From contig CM060732.1 of NCBI GenBank assembly GCA_030704615.1, positions 76,756,001 to 76,820,000 on the forward strand: 64,000 bases of DNA, in the 5' to 3' direction. Source of the stretch: Takakia lepidozioides. Its lineage: Eukaryota > Plantae > Bryophyta. Below the pieces are notes generated by a model. The model was not told the DNA's origin and did no database searches. It saw only the letters and a program-made list of their open reading frames with translations. Of the stretch, positions 52,701 through 63,979 are shown one piece after another (within the stretch, counting starts at the first letter, position 1; the number at the start of each line of letters is the position of its first letter). A program made the position numbers and the translations under genes.

Positions 52701-55700
52701 CGAAAGCTCCAAGACATCGGAAACGTGGTACTCGTTGACCCGTGAGGCTTTCATGGAGTACATGTACACGGTGAGATACATCTTCCTTCATCTGGTCTTC
52801 CATATTCCACATGTTTGTTTCTGTTTGTTTCCCTTGACCTTGTGCTGATGCAACTCTCTTGCATTCCCTTGCAGCAAGACATTGCAGATGCAGGGGAGCG
52901 TGGCAAACTGGAATACTACAGCTCTACCCCTGAGGAGAGAAGGACAGCAAAGGGGGTTGAGAGTCGCATCCAGAAAGAGATGACCGCTACAAGAAGGACT
53001 ATAATGAGTGCTTTCGTGAAGCAGTTGAGAATTGCCGACCCATCATTCGGACCGCAGTTTCTCCTGGAGATAAAAAACCATTATAACAAGCCAGGCAAGC
53101 CAGAAATGGCCCAGGAGAAGTTGCACAGGTTGTCTACCGCCGTTGTGTCTCCAGAACAAAAGGTGAAGTGGCTACAGATATGGAACTCCGATCCCACAGT
53201 TAGGGATACCCACATGTTCCCAAGGCCGGAGAAAGAGAAGAAGACCCAGCGTGTCATTCCTGTCATTGACAATGTGCTGGACACCTGGCTTCACAAGGCC
53301 ACTTACTGGAGCCAGGTGTGATGTCCTTCCCTGTGTCACTGTCTTTTCTCTTTTCCTGTCCTTATCTTTCTATTGCCTCTTACATTCGCTGTGATTGCTT
53401 TTGGGTTCATTCTTGCATTTGTATTGTTTTGCAGTTGGAAGAAAGGGCCAGATCGGTTCTGCATACTCAGCTGGCTGACTATGGCATCAGTATGATAGCA
53501 CCGAAGGTGTCCTTCGAAGCATACATGAGGAAATGGAGAGCCACAGTGTGGCACTCTTGTTTCTTTAGAGAGTTCAGCAAGGAGGGTGGCATCAGTCGAA
53601 CAAATGAGCTGGACCAGCAAGAAAAAGGAGAGGAAGCCTGGAAACGATGCCTTTACAGGTGCACACTCTTGCACTACTTATTTGTGCTGTGGTTGCAATG
53701 TGTTGTGTGGCATACTGTTGAAGGGGGTCTTCCTGGTGTGATGGAAAAGTTGCCACACAATATTTCCATTGTAAAATGAGGCTGTCTCTGTTGCTGCAGG
53801 TACATAAAGTTTGTTCTCCTGGAAGAGAATTGCCTGGACAAACATCCGGATTTCGTGGACCTGTGGCTTGTCCCTGCTGGCAACCAGACCATGTTTACTA
53901 CTGGGATCTTGCATGACTGGGGCCCAGACCATCTTTCTTCTTGTGGTTGGTATTTGGATTGCCCTCCTTCTGAGACCCCAGCTCCAGAGGTGTCTTTGAG
54001 GAGAGAGAATGACCGTATTGCAGCCACTGCCGCAGCAGCCGACCTCGACATTCATGAACGTAATTTGAGGACTCTTGCAGAGAAGGAGCCTCCCACTCAG
54101 GATACCCCAGGTAGAGGAAGAAAGGCAAAGGGAAAAGATGTTGCTGGTGTTGTTGGGAAGGGAAGGGGTAGAGGGAAGGTGGCACAAGGGCAGGGAAGTG
54201 TTGCAAATATTGGCCCTGTGGAGCATGTCCAGCAGACTCCACCGCATGGTAGGGGATCCGGGAGAAAAAACAAGGGGGTGGTTGATCCCAAGGACCCGTA
54301 CCATGCAGTGGAACATCCCACGAGGGTCATTCGCCCAACCAGGTTGGAGATGGCCAACGTCGGGTTCCTTGCCATGATGGAGTCGAAGAAATCTGATTAC
54401 AAGGGCGAGCCATCACCAGTGTGGGACAGGATTGTGCAATTCCTCAGCACGGTGCGTGTTCTCTTTAGGTTCTGTGGCTTCTGTTGTTTTTGTCTGCTGT
54501 GGGCATGGATCGTTTCTAAACTTGTGAGAATTCCATTGTATTTTTGTTTGCAGGCTAAAATGACCAAATCCTGGGTGAACGGGAAGGAGAAGCCATATGC
54601 AGCCGAACTCATCATCTTGGACATCCCTGATGGGTTGGCAGTCCCGGATATCCCTCCATCGGGTGCTTGTCCGGGTTGGAATGCTTTTGATGAGCGCTAC
54701 TGGCGGTGGGTTTTCTCCTTTTGCAACTTCTTCCTGTCCGATGCAGGTGTTTTGGTGCTCATCCAGTCCATCGACGGTCGGTGTCGCCGTGCACTTTCCA
54801 GCTATTTGAAAGCCTCGGGCATGAGAGTCGTGAAGACATGGAATTGTGTGAACAGCATGTACCTTACGAAGGGGGATCGTCCGGGAGAGATGGTGAGTTT
54901 GCCTTCTTGTTCCTCTTCTTGGTTGTTCTCGGATGGGGTTGTATAGGTCGCTCGAACTCATATGTAGGGGCCCGATTTTTTTTTGCTTCTTAGTTCCTTG
55001 TGGATGTCATGTTCGCAGACTCGTCTATTTGAAGCTGTTTGTCTCGTCCGGGTGCATCCACAAACGACTCCGGCCGGCATTACTGAGTTTGCCATCACTC
55101 ATGGGGCCAAGTTCATAGATGACAGGACAGATCCCCCCACGGATGACATGCATCACAACTACGTCGACAGCAACGTGTGCTTGCGAAGGGGGAATGGGGT
55201 TCCTTGGAGAGGGGCGAGGGAGAGGAGCCCGGCTTTCATTCAAACGATTGTGGAGTGCTGCACCTACACAGACGCCAGAGTTCTGGATTTGTCGATGGGC
55301 ACAGGTTCGTCTCTTCAACATTCACATTTCATGAGGTTTGATTGAGCTTGCACTTTCAGCACTTCCCACCGTTCCGAATGTGTCTTCAATGTCTTCTTCA
55401 TTCATTCTATTCCACTGCAGGTGCTTCTTACCACGCTTGCAAGGCCAGTGCGCGACATCTCTTTGGGATTGAAGGGGATGCTGAGATTTACAAGAACCTC
55501 CTGATGGGTTTGGGTGGACACACTTCTCAAGTCCTTCCGAAGCCCCGTCCTGTTGATACTGATACAGAGGAGACTTCTGACAAGGAGCTGGACTCCGACT
55601 TTGCCTATGAGTAAGTTCAACCTTTGCATGCTTGCATTGTTGTTTCAATATCGAGAATCGCTGTTCTTGAGGCAAAGTGCATATAGGAGACATCCTCTTT

Positions 55701-55998
55701 GTTGGACTTGTGCATTGCATCATTGTGTTAAAAATGGGATTTTGTGGACATGTGTAGGAGTCCGCGTGCTTCCACTTGCCCTCCAGGGCTATCACACCTA
55801 TTTGGACTTGTTTGCAGTCCTCCTCGGTCTTGCGTGCTACCTGTCTATGCGGAGGCACTCGCAGCAAGCATGTCCGTTCATGGGACTCCGAGTCCACCTT
55901 ACGACGGCCTTCGTAGAACACGTGGTGTTGGGGCCAAAATCTTTGTAGATGACATAGCACAGGAGGTGGACACTGATTGTGATGACTGCGACACTTGA
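49719..55998 (+). CDS. ~1,120-1,140 aa protein: acidic/NLS-like N terminus, ParB/Srx-like domain, beta-class N4C/N6A DNA methyltransferase-like domain (10 exons)
   Basis: Exons 49719-50030, 51887 (or 51929)-52482, 52578-52770, 52875-53315, 53435-53658, 53800-54451, 54554-54892, 55019-55304, 55421-55610 and 55818-55998 are all GT-AG and phase-compatible. ParB motif: FHVWDGNHRLLAW. MTase-like: ELIILDIPDG (motif IV position), FLSDAGVLVL, RSPAFIQTIVECCT...VLDLSMGTGASYHAC...RHLFGIEGD (motifs X-I-II). The TAG at 51926 is either a lesion or the real acceptor. Confidence 0.75.
50343..51600. repeat. Tandem array of 11 x 116-bp units, each with a 40-bp palindrome
   Basis: The core starts at 50349, 50465, 50581, 50697, 50813, 50929, 51045, 51161, 51277, 51393 and 51507. 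Consensus CAGCTCAAACAGTGTGCG-TTGG-CGCACACTGTTTGAGCTG (18-bp arms). Degenerate copies near 50130, 50247, 51670 and 51787. Confidence 0.97.
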
Positions 55999-56772
55999 TA
56001 TGAAGTTTTCTTTTGGTTTAATTCTGGGCCAAATTTGAAATGGGATGGTTGTGTGTCCTTGTTGTCATGTTTGCAATGTGTGCGTGGAATTCACATTCAT
56101 GGTTACAAACTATTGTTGGAGATGGGGGTTGCATGGACTGCCTGGATTGTTCCTTCAATCTATTTGGTGTTTTGTGGACCTCATAGACTTAAGTACATTG
56201 CGAAAACAAACAAACCACTTTGGTTCGTGTAGAGCATCCTCGCATCATTTGCTAGTTGGTCCCCAAACTATTCCTGCTAGAAGAATGGTTGGTGGATCCA
56301 TCACGGTGAAGTCCACCTCATCAAAAACTGTTCAGGCATTCTCAATTCTACCCAAATCAACCCGTGGAAATAAGTGACACCACTCGGAAATAGGTGACAT
56401 CCGCGGAAATAGGCACTGTTTGCATGCTGACGTGGCGTGAGCCTGTGCTGGGCTCACGCTTTCCTGGGCTCACAGGCTCACGCCTCCGGGCTCACGGAAT
56501 AGCACCCCCCCAGACCAGCAACCGTGGTCCAAACTCAGTCCACTCCGTGGAGGTAGAAGACCAATAACATTAATTCAGTAGCAGACCACGTCCAGGAGTA
56601 TTGCATACATCGACAGACAATAACATTGGACCAGCACACCACGTGGATCACTACTCAATACAAAACGTCGACCAGAAGTAGAAGCAGACCATATGACAGC
56701 AGACTCATGAAATGTTCCACAGACCATATGAAGCAGACCAATACAGTACAGGGGTAGCCCAAGACAGTACAC

Positions 56773-59031
56773 TCGACTAACGATGGGACTGACCTGTGCC
56801 ACCGAATTTGGTATACCACTATTTCATGGAGGAGACCAACAACCGTGGTCCAAATTAAGTCCACTCTGTGGAGATAGCAGACCAATGACTTCAGAAGCAG
56901 ACCACGGCCAGGAGTACAACATACATCGGTTCACAAGCAGACCACGTGGAGCACTACTCAATACAAAACATCGAACATAAATGTTTAGCAGTAGACCACG
57001 ACAGCAGACTAATGAAATGTTCCACAAAAGTGTACATCATATATAAAAATGAACAAACCTGCACAACAAACCACATAAGTTAATTTTCATTTATTACCAG
57101 GCCTAGATGAAATAACCCGGACTTCGGAAGAGTCTGACACGTCCGAGATCTTCCTAGATGACAACTGTCTGTCTACAACTACATTCTCCATAGTCCTGAG
57201 TGCTTTCAAAATGTACTCAACATACTTTAAGCGTTGCTTGCAAGCATAGCGGAATGTAAACCACTTTGAGGTAAACGGCTTTCCTCTCTCTCTAAGTCTT
57301 TTGCCACGATCGCCCTTCAACCAGTCGTAGAACCCCTCGATAAAGGACATGACGTAAAAGCCACATTCCCAAGAGAAGGGTTGTTGTGGCACTTCAGGGA
57401 CATGAAAATTGAATCCAGTGGCCTCGTCCCACGACGCAGTGTGCGGCTCCAAGCCGAGACATGCTCCATACACATTTCGAACCCATGGCAATATCTCCAC
57501 GGGTTTGTGCATCTCCTTGATTGAGTTCAGATGAGTGAATACGCGGAGTACCCGGTCAATAATCACCAAACTCCAATGAGACCTGCCACAACGCAGGGCG
57601 CATCAGCACAAGGGAACAATTGCAAATCAAAATGGCAGACCCATTGAGCAGACTGGTAGACCTGGGCAGACCAATGTTGCAGACCAGTGACGGTGGACCA
57701 ATGATAAAGGGTAGAGAAACAGTGGTACGCACTTACCCATCAACTATTGGTACTAGTATGTACTTGCACGTCTTCAAGTCCTTCCCCATACGATGCACTG
57801 TCAATCCATGCTCTACCTGCGAGCGAACCCGTTCCTGACCGGCACTCCAGTGAATCTTCACTTTCCAATGCAATAGCCGCCTCCTTCATACCCTCCCGGA
57901 GCTGGCTAGCTTGGCTTCGCAACAAAATTTTGTCCTGGGGTTTATTAACACTTTGTGGTCCCGTTCTAGACGCTTCTTGCACTCCATGGGTTGAACTGGC
58001 CCCTACAGTGGGGGTTATCACTACTGGTACACCCTTTGTGCTTGACCGCATGTTGAGCACTTGCGACGGACCACGAGCTGAGACCTCAGACGCCATAACC
58101 TTCACACGAATATCAGACAACAAAACATCAGCAATGACCACCCAAATGCACTGGGAAAAAAAAATAGATTGCAAAAATGCAATGGAATCAGACCTTTGTG
58201 GGCGCTGTGGGTGTCTGCAATTGCACCACTCCTATGGCAGGTACATCTTCGACTACAGTGACTGGTTCCACAGAATGAGAAGGGACAGAAACATGTGCGT
58301 GTGTTTCGACAAGGTCTGATGAATGGTCTGCTATGGGGTCGAACATGCGGAGCACCCTATCAACGGATTGGTCTATTGCCAGTAGTGGGTCTACAGACGA
58401 GTCGGGGTCCACAAAAGTAAGCGGCAAAACGGCCAAAGATGCATCCTCATCTGCAGTAGACCCTGCCTCTAACAGATGGGAAAGGTCACCGACCAAACTG
58501 TCACAGTCATAGTCCATTGTTGCAATTGCAGAATTGGTCTGTACTATGGATAAATGAGCACTGACGCCTTCCCGGTTCTGTTCAGGCAGTGCTGTGTCAG
58601 AAGGTCTGGTGGCAAGGGTAAGGTCCACTACCATTCTCTGCTTCTCAGCAGATGTTGCAGTGGGGGGGAACGGAATTGCTCCTCTCATTTTCGGCAACTC
58701 GTATGTGCCAAGGAGGATGGGCGTTGCTTCTTGGGTTATCGCCACGTCTCCAAATGGTCTGATGTTATGCACTGGCAAGGTCTGCTGATGTCCTCCGGCA
58801 AGGTCTGATCTTCTCTCCTCTGCTCCAGCAAGGTCTGATCAGGTCTGCACTGGTCGGGAAATGTCTGCTCTGAGACGGTGTGGTGTGGTGTGGTGTGGTG
58901 TGGTATCCTCTGGTCTTTTGGTGTATGGACTGTTGTGCACTCGGATCGTCTGGAGGCTCCGTGACATAGTGGTATACTAAATTCGGTGGTCGGCTAAATG
59001 TGGGGCACAAGTCAGTCCCATCGTTAGTCGA
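56773..59031. repeat. Internal inverted-repeat pair (56773-56831 and 58957-59031) bracketing the Ulp1-like gene
   Basis: TCGACTAACGATGGGACTGAC.TGTGCC...ACCGAATTT.GTATACCACTAT.TCA.GGAG occurs in opposite orientations, with a 16-bp indel. Confidence 0.8.
57087..58778 (-). CDS. Ulp1/C48-family (SUMO-type) cysteine protease gene, multi-exon, upstream part uncertain
   Basis: KYILVPIVDG|SHWSLVIID (intron 57736-57583) ... HLNS ... VPQQPFSWECGFYVMSF gives the His, Gln and Cys motifs of C48 proteases. Upstream low-complexity ORFs are probably earlier exons. Confidence 0.8.
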
Positions 59032-59179
59032 ACTATGCTTGCTTCATTACTCTACTACATTTGTTTACTGGTTCACTTTGGCTCATTTTTTGACTTCATG
59101 GTCTCCTTCATCAAACCTTTAAAAAACACATTAAGGGAGTCGCAGATGCTTTGCCGCATTGGTCTATTACAAATCAGTG

Positions 59180-59396
59180 CTGGTCTACTGTAGGTGGTGT
59201 GCAATCATGGTATGTCGAAATGGTCTACTTCAGGTGGTCTGCAATAACGGTTTGCCGATCTGGTCTACTGCAAGTGGTGTCCGATTATGGTCTGCCGAAT
59301 TGGTCTACTTCAGGTGGTATGCGGTAACGGTCTACCGATCTGGTCTACTGCAGGTGGTCTGCGATAATGGTCTGCCGATCTGGTCTACTGCAGGTG
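59180..59396. repeat. ~5.5 x 40-bp tandem repeat built on GGTCTAC/GGTCTG
   Basis: TGGTCTACT recurs at a 40-bp period (59181/2, 59221, 59261, 59301, 59341, 59381). Confidence 0.85.
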
Positions 59397-59436
59397 AGAA
59401 TTGATCTACCGCATTGGACAACTGCAAGTCATTTCC

Positions 59437-62400
59437 TTAGTTAGATTGATCCATCTTTCTCAGTTCTGGACAATGAGACACCCACCTCAGAGCCGAGTAA
59501 ATATGGCTAACAGGGAGAAGGGCAGACACACGTTTCCCCCCATTTAGTTTCATTTTCCGCCGAGCTTGAAAATGTTCCACAAAATCATTTTTCCTCTTCA
59601 ATGACATGTTGTTGTTGTCTTTTACACGATTGAACGCTCGTGCTGCAGCCGGGTGTAACATGCCGAAAGCTTTTTTGACGAGGATGTCCTGCATCTGCCC
59701 TTGGCAAACACGCACCGCAGACAAGCAATGGTGTATAAGGTATGCGTCGTTGTGTACAAGGTCAAACAGGTCGGTTATCTCCCGTTTCAAAATAGCTTCC
59801 AACAGGTCTGCCGTGAGCAATGACTCTGCCATGTTCGGGGTTGCGCTTGCACGCAGGTTACCGCTTTCGAAGTCGCATGCTGCCATGTCGTCGTGTTTGT
59901 CCAAATTCTCTAGCCCACCGTGAATAGTACCGAAGTGGGAACCACATGTCCAGACAATAAGACCGTCTTGCAGGTCTGGTTTTAGCAACTTTATGACCCG
60001 AACCTGGTGCTTGCACAGATTGCCTTTCAGCGCCCACGGGCAGATGCACCAGGCCCACTGCGACTCTGGATTGAACACGGTGTACGTTGTATTCGGATCG
60101 GAGGAGCTGATGACGTAAGCAGGCTGCCCAGGCACTGCATGCAAAGTCACACGTGAAAGAGGTATGTCACGGGCTGCACATATTGCACTGGAAATGTGCT
60201 TTTCTTGTTTATCGTTGCGAATAAACCCATGTGTCTTCAGATGAATGCCGTACCAGTAGTGGACCAGTACACGCCCAGTCAACTCCCATATGAGCCAATC
60301 GGCTCTTCGACCGATCATTTTGCCTTTGCCCATATTAAGTCTCGCCTTTAAGTTTTTGTGGTATGCCTCGATGCTCGCATTAGTATCTTGGCTTGCATGT
60401 GGAATGTTGCGGGCAGCAGTACACCACATAGCGATTTTGGGAACCCAGTACACATGAATGTAGTGGAGGAACAACTGACCAGACGGATATTTCTTTTTCA
60501 TTGCCTTCAATTTTTTCTTAACCCATTTCACAGCTTCGTCTTCTTTCTGCGATCCACCTCTGCAGTATATAAGGTCGCCCATATCTGCCAACAGTTTCGA
60601 GGATGTTCCCGGATCACTGATTTTCTGGCATGATTGCTTGACCCAGGCCTTCCGTACATGCCAAAGGCAAAGGAAAATGCATACTCCTGTGAAAACAGAC
60701 CTGCATGCGGCCACAGAGTCAGAAGTGCCTGAACCGGGCATTCGTATTCAGCACTGCCACAAGCATGAGATTAAACAGGGCAGACCATATAGCAGACCCT
60801 GAAGCGGACCATAGGGCAGAATGAGATGTGGCATACCAGACCAGACATGGCAGACCTTGAAGCGGACCATACAGCAGACCATAGGGCAAATTGAGATGTG
60901 GCATACCGGATTGCATTGATTTCTGCTTCAGCGTCGTCGACAATGAAGACATTTGGCCGCCAGTTGGGCTTTTCCTGAAGGAGGGCATCACGCAATGCTA
61001 GCATCCACGGGATAAAGTCTGATGTTCGATTGTGTGCTGACAAAATGTATGCAACCGGAATTCCGTTCAACCATTGGTCGAACACCATCAACGTGTACAA
61101 GGGGAACTGCATGAAATGACAATTTATAATTAGCAGACCAGTGTCATACCGACAGACACAGGGTCTACTGCAATAGGGTGAAAACGCACATGGTGTATTG
61201 CAACTTGGTGAACACGCACAGGGTGTACTACAACTTGGTGAACACGCACAGGGTCTATTGTAACAGGGTGAACATGCAAAAGGGTCTGCCCTAAAACAGA
61301 GTGCAGTGGAAGGTCTGCTGGAACAGGGTGTACTGGGACAGGGTCTACAACAGTTAGGTCTATCAGGATTGAGGACAAAAAAGCAATGCACCACAAGAGT
61401 GGGAGACCATTGTAGTATGCTATCATGCTAGCAGAAGCCCGTGGAGAGGGTCCATGGCAGACCTTGTGATGGTTAGTTCCAAATGTAGCGTCACAAGCTA
61501 CAATGCGCGCATGGCCCAAGTCCAACATCTTCTGCCGCTGCCAAGGAGTCTAAATCCCAATGGTGAAGGTCAAATCTCCATCAAAATGTTGAAATGTGGG
61601 TGCCAATGATTCCTCCTGGTAGAATAAGACCGAGTCCGGGTTTTGATCTTTCTACATACGCACGGATTGTGCGTCATCAGCGTGTTTTTTGAAGGTCTAC
61701 CAGGCTCGTTTTTCAGCGAGATTTCGGACATTTTGCTCGAGGAGAAAGTCGTCGCGTGTCAATGCGTCTCCCAAGCCACTGTTCTGCATGACGTGCTCCT
61801 TGTGTTCAATCATGACTTGGGCGACACTCAAGCCTCGAGACAAGCATTCCATGATCCACTTTTTGAGCTCCTCGCTAATATGTGGAGCATAAGCATATCG
61901 GCTGAACTAGAACTCAGCATATCCGCCATGAGAGGGTTTTCTGGACACATCCAGGTGTTGCATGTTGTTATAATATGTGATGACCCCAATGTCTGGAGCA
62001 AGATAACATTGCGAGACTTTGAAACAACAGAGACACCCATGCTTGTAAGACTCGCCGTATTGGCTTTTCTTTCGTCTTGGACCTTTGTGAGGATTACTGC
62101 TTCCAGCCCCAATGTCCGGACCTCCTCGCTTGACTTTAGGATCCGTGACAGTCAAATTGTTGGTGCGCTTGTCCTCTAGTCCATAGCAACACTGATATCT
62201 GGACAGGGTCGTATGTCATCAACACCGGAGTATGTCATCGACACCCATGGAGTTTTGCAAGCATGTAAGACAGCCTAAACCCTATCTACATATCATGCAT
62301 GTACATGTCCGGCAAGCACAAGCACAGGGCATGAACAAAGAGGCAGTGCGGGAATATGGTGCAGACATGACAGAGGTTAGATATGTGTTAGCTCTTGGAG

Positions 62401-62700
62401 CTCTTCGCGGTCCGGGCTTCGCGTTAACATGCACATTTATGTAAAATTGGGTGGAACACCCGTCTCTACTCTCCTCTCCAAGTACAAAGTCGGGCACTCT
62501 CTGCAAGTCGTGCGGACCCGCACTTGAGAGCCCATGTATCCAGAGCGACTCTCGTTCTTCCAGTAAAGGTCTTTGCACAAAAATGGCCCATCTTTTGGTG
62601 TTTGAAGACATTGTCACAGTGGACGTATAAGAAAGCTTTCTGGTTGGGCATCGATGGCCGCTGCCATATACACTGCAGTACCCCTTTGCGCCTCGAAAGC
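59437..62700 (-). pseudogene. MULE/SWIM transposase of the outer element, inactivated
   Basis: CDATFGTNHHK|FPLYTLMVFD...GIPVAYI...FIVDDAEAEINAIR|...CLWHVRKAW...DTNASIEAYH...GRRADWLI...CICPWALKGNLCKH. Exons ~62160-61463, 61106-60907 and 60700-59437. Four in-frame TAG stops between 61550 and 61909. The 5' boundary is uncertain. Confidence 0.88.
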
Positions 62701-62959
62701 ACATGCAATACGACCTGGAAAAGTGGAAGCAAAGGACGACAACACACACGTTCTTGGCAAGACGGAAGCGCGTTGGCAGGAACAGAGGTTAGTGGTAGGT
62801 TTCTGGACATAGATATACCTCCTACACCTTACCATCATGTAGAGCGAGGCACTTTGAGAGAAGTCTGGCAGTTGATAGCATAGATCAGGATTAGATCTTG
62901 TTTGGTCGGGCTTCTATTCTTCCCCTCCTTCTCTTTACTATTTTCATTACTTTGTACTA

Positions 62960-63576
62960 CTCAAGACCTTTGGGAGGCTGGTTTGGTGGAGCTATCTGGG
63001 GGAGAGTATGCTTCAGCTACAGTGATGCCAGCCAAGAAGGATGTCTTTGGCAATTGGACGGAGAGACGTATGTGCGGTGATTACCGGCCTGTAAATCGTC
63101 AGACCAAGTCCGATATGTATGCCATGCCAACACCAGAGGAGATCTTTGATGCCATCAGGCATGCCAAGGTCTTTAGTACGTTGGATTTACGATCCGGATA
63201 TCACCAGTTGCCGATCAAGGAGGCGGATAAGCAAAAGACAACATTCTGGGGGATCAATGAGCACGGGAAGGATTGCCTATACCAGTGGCGGTTCTTACCA
63301 TTTGGGCTTAAGAACGCTCCGGCAGAGTTTCAGAGAGTCATGGACAGGATCCTAGCAGGGGTGGAGTTTGCTCGGTGCTACATAGATGACATCATCATCT
63401 TTAGTGCTACGGTGGAAGAGCATGAGAGACACCTTCAGGGGGTATTTGAGCGCTTGAGGGCGCACGGATTGAAGTTACATCCGGGAAAGTGCAAGTTTTT
63501 CCACAACCAGATTGAGTATCTGGGTCACATGATATATCCTGGAGGATTGGGGGTACAGGGAGGAAAAGGTCGATGA
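62960..63576 (+). pseudogene. Isolated Ty3/gypsy reverse transcriptase core fragment captured just inside the right TIR
   Basis: [38 protein letters not shown] and YLGH in one open frame. No LTR, protease, RNase H or integrase next to it. Confidence 0.88.
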
Positions 63577-63607
63577 AACAGTCTTCGCCCACGATTGGTG
63601 GCGGCTG

Positions 63608-63979
63608 CCATGCCCTAAATCCGGGCGGCTACAATAGCAGCGCGGCATCACGGTGAGATGGGCGGCACATCATCTAAGGTGCGTTTGGGTCTGCCGGATC
63701 GGGCTGCTTGGCGGCAGACCTTGCAGACCGAGCTTGGGCAGACCCCAGCAAGGGCAGACCCACTGGGGACCCGATGGCGGGCGGACCCAAGCGGCGAGGG
63801 CGGGCGGGTGGGCGGGGGCCGCGGTCCGGGGGTGGGCTGGGCGGTGTGCGGGCAGGGCCGCGGGCGGCTGGCAGGTGGGGGTGGGCGGGGCGGGGGAGGG
63901 CGACCCCGCGTCCGTGCGGGCGTGCGCGCCCTGTCCCACACGCGCGACATAAACTCCCAATTATTAAAAAATGAGAGGC
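63608..63979 (-). repeat. Right TIR of outer MULE
   Basis: Reverse complement of the left TIR, followed by the TSD. Confidence 0.92.

Larger units (their letters stand above)
44818..56510. mobile_element. Nested 11.7-kb Mutator-like element (inner element) carrying a ParB-methyltransferase gene
   Basis: Ungapped imperfect 43-bp TIRs (44818-44860 vs 56468-56510, 31/43 identical, both starting with G, with repeated CGTGAGCC). Flanked by CGGACCAGC (44809-44817) and CAGACCAGC (56511-56519), an 8/9 TSD. It has its own transposase. Confidence 0.8.
39607..63979. mobile_element. Large (24.4 kb) composite Mutator-like DNA transposon (outer element)
   Basis: Termini GCCTCTCATTTTT...AAAAATGAGAGGC are inverted. 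The perfect 9-bp TSD ATTTAGTAT sits at 39598-39606 and 63980-63988. Contains a MULE transposase and a Ulp1 protease. Confidence 0.93.

Noticed and set aside
49719-55998. Bacterial or phage contamination explaining the ParB-MTase
   Set aside because: The gene has nine phase-consistent GT-AG introns and lies inside TIR/TSD-bounded DNA contiguous with plant genes.
62902-63576. Retron, DGR or other prokaryotic RT system
   Set aside because: The motifs ([20 protein letters not shown]) are Ty3/gypsy type, and no msr/msd or template/variable repeat pair is seen.
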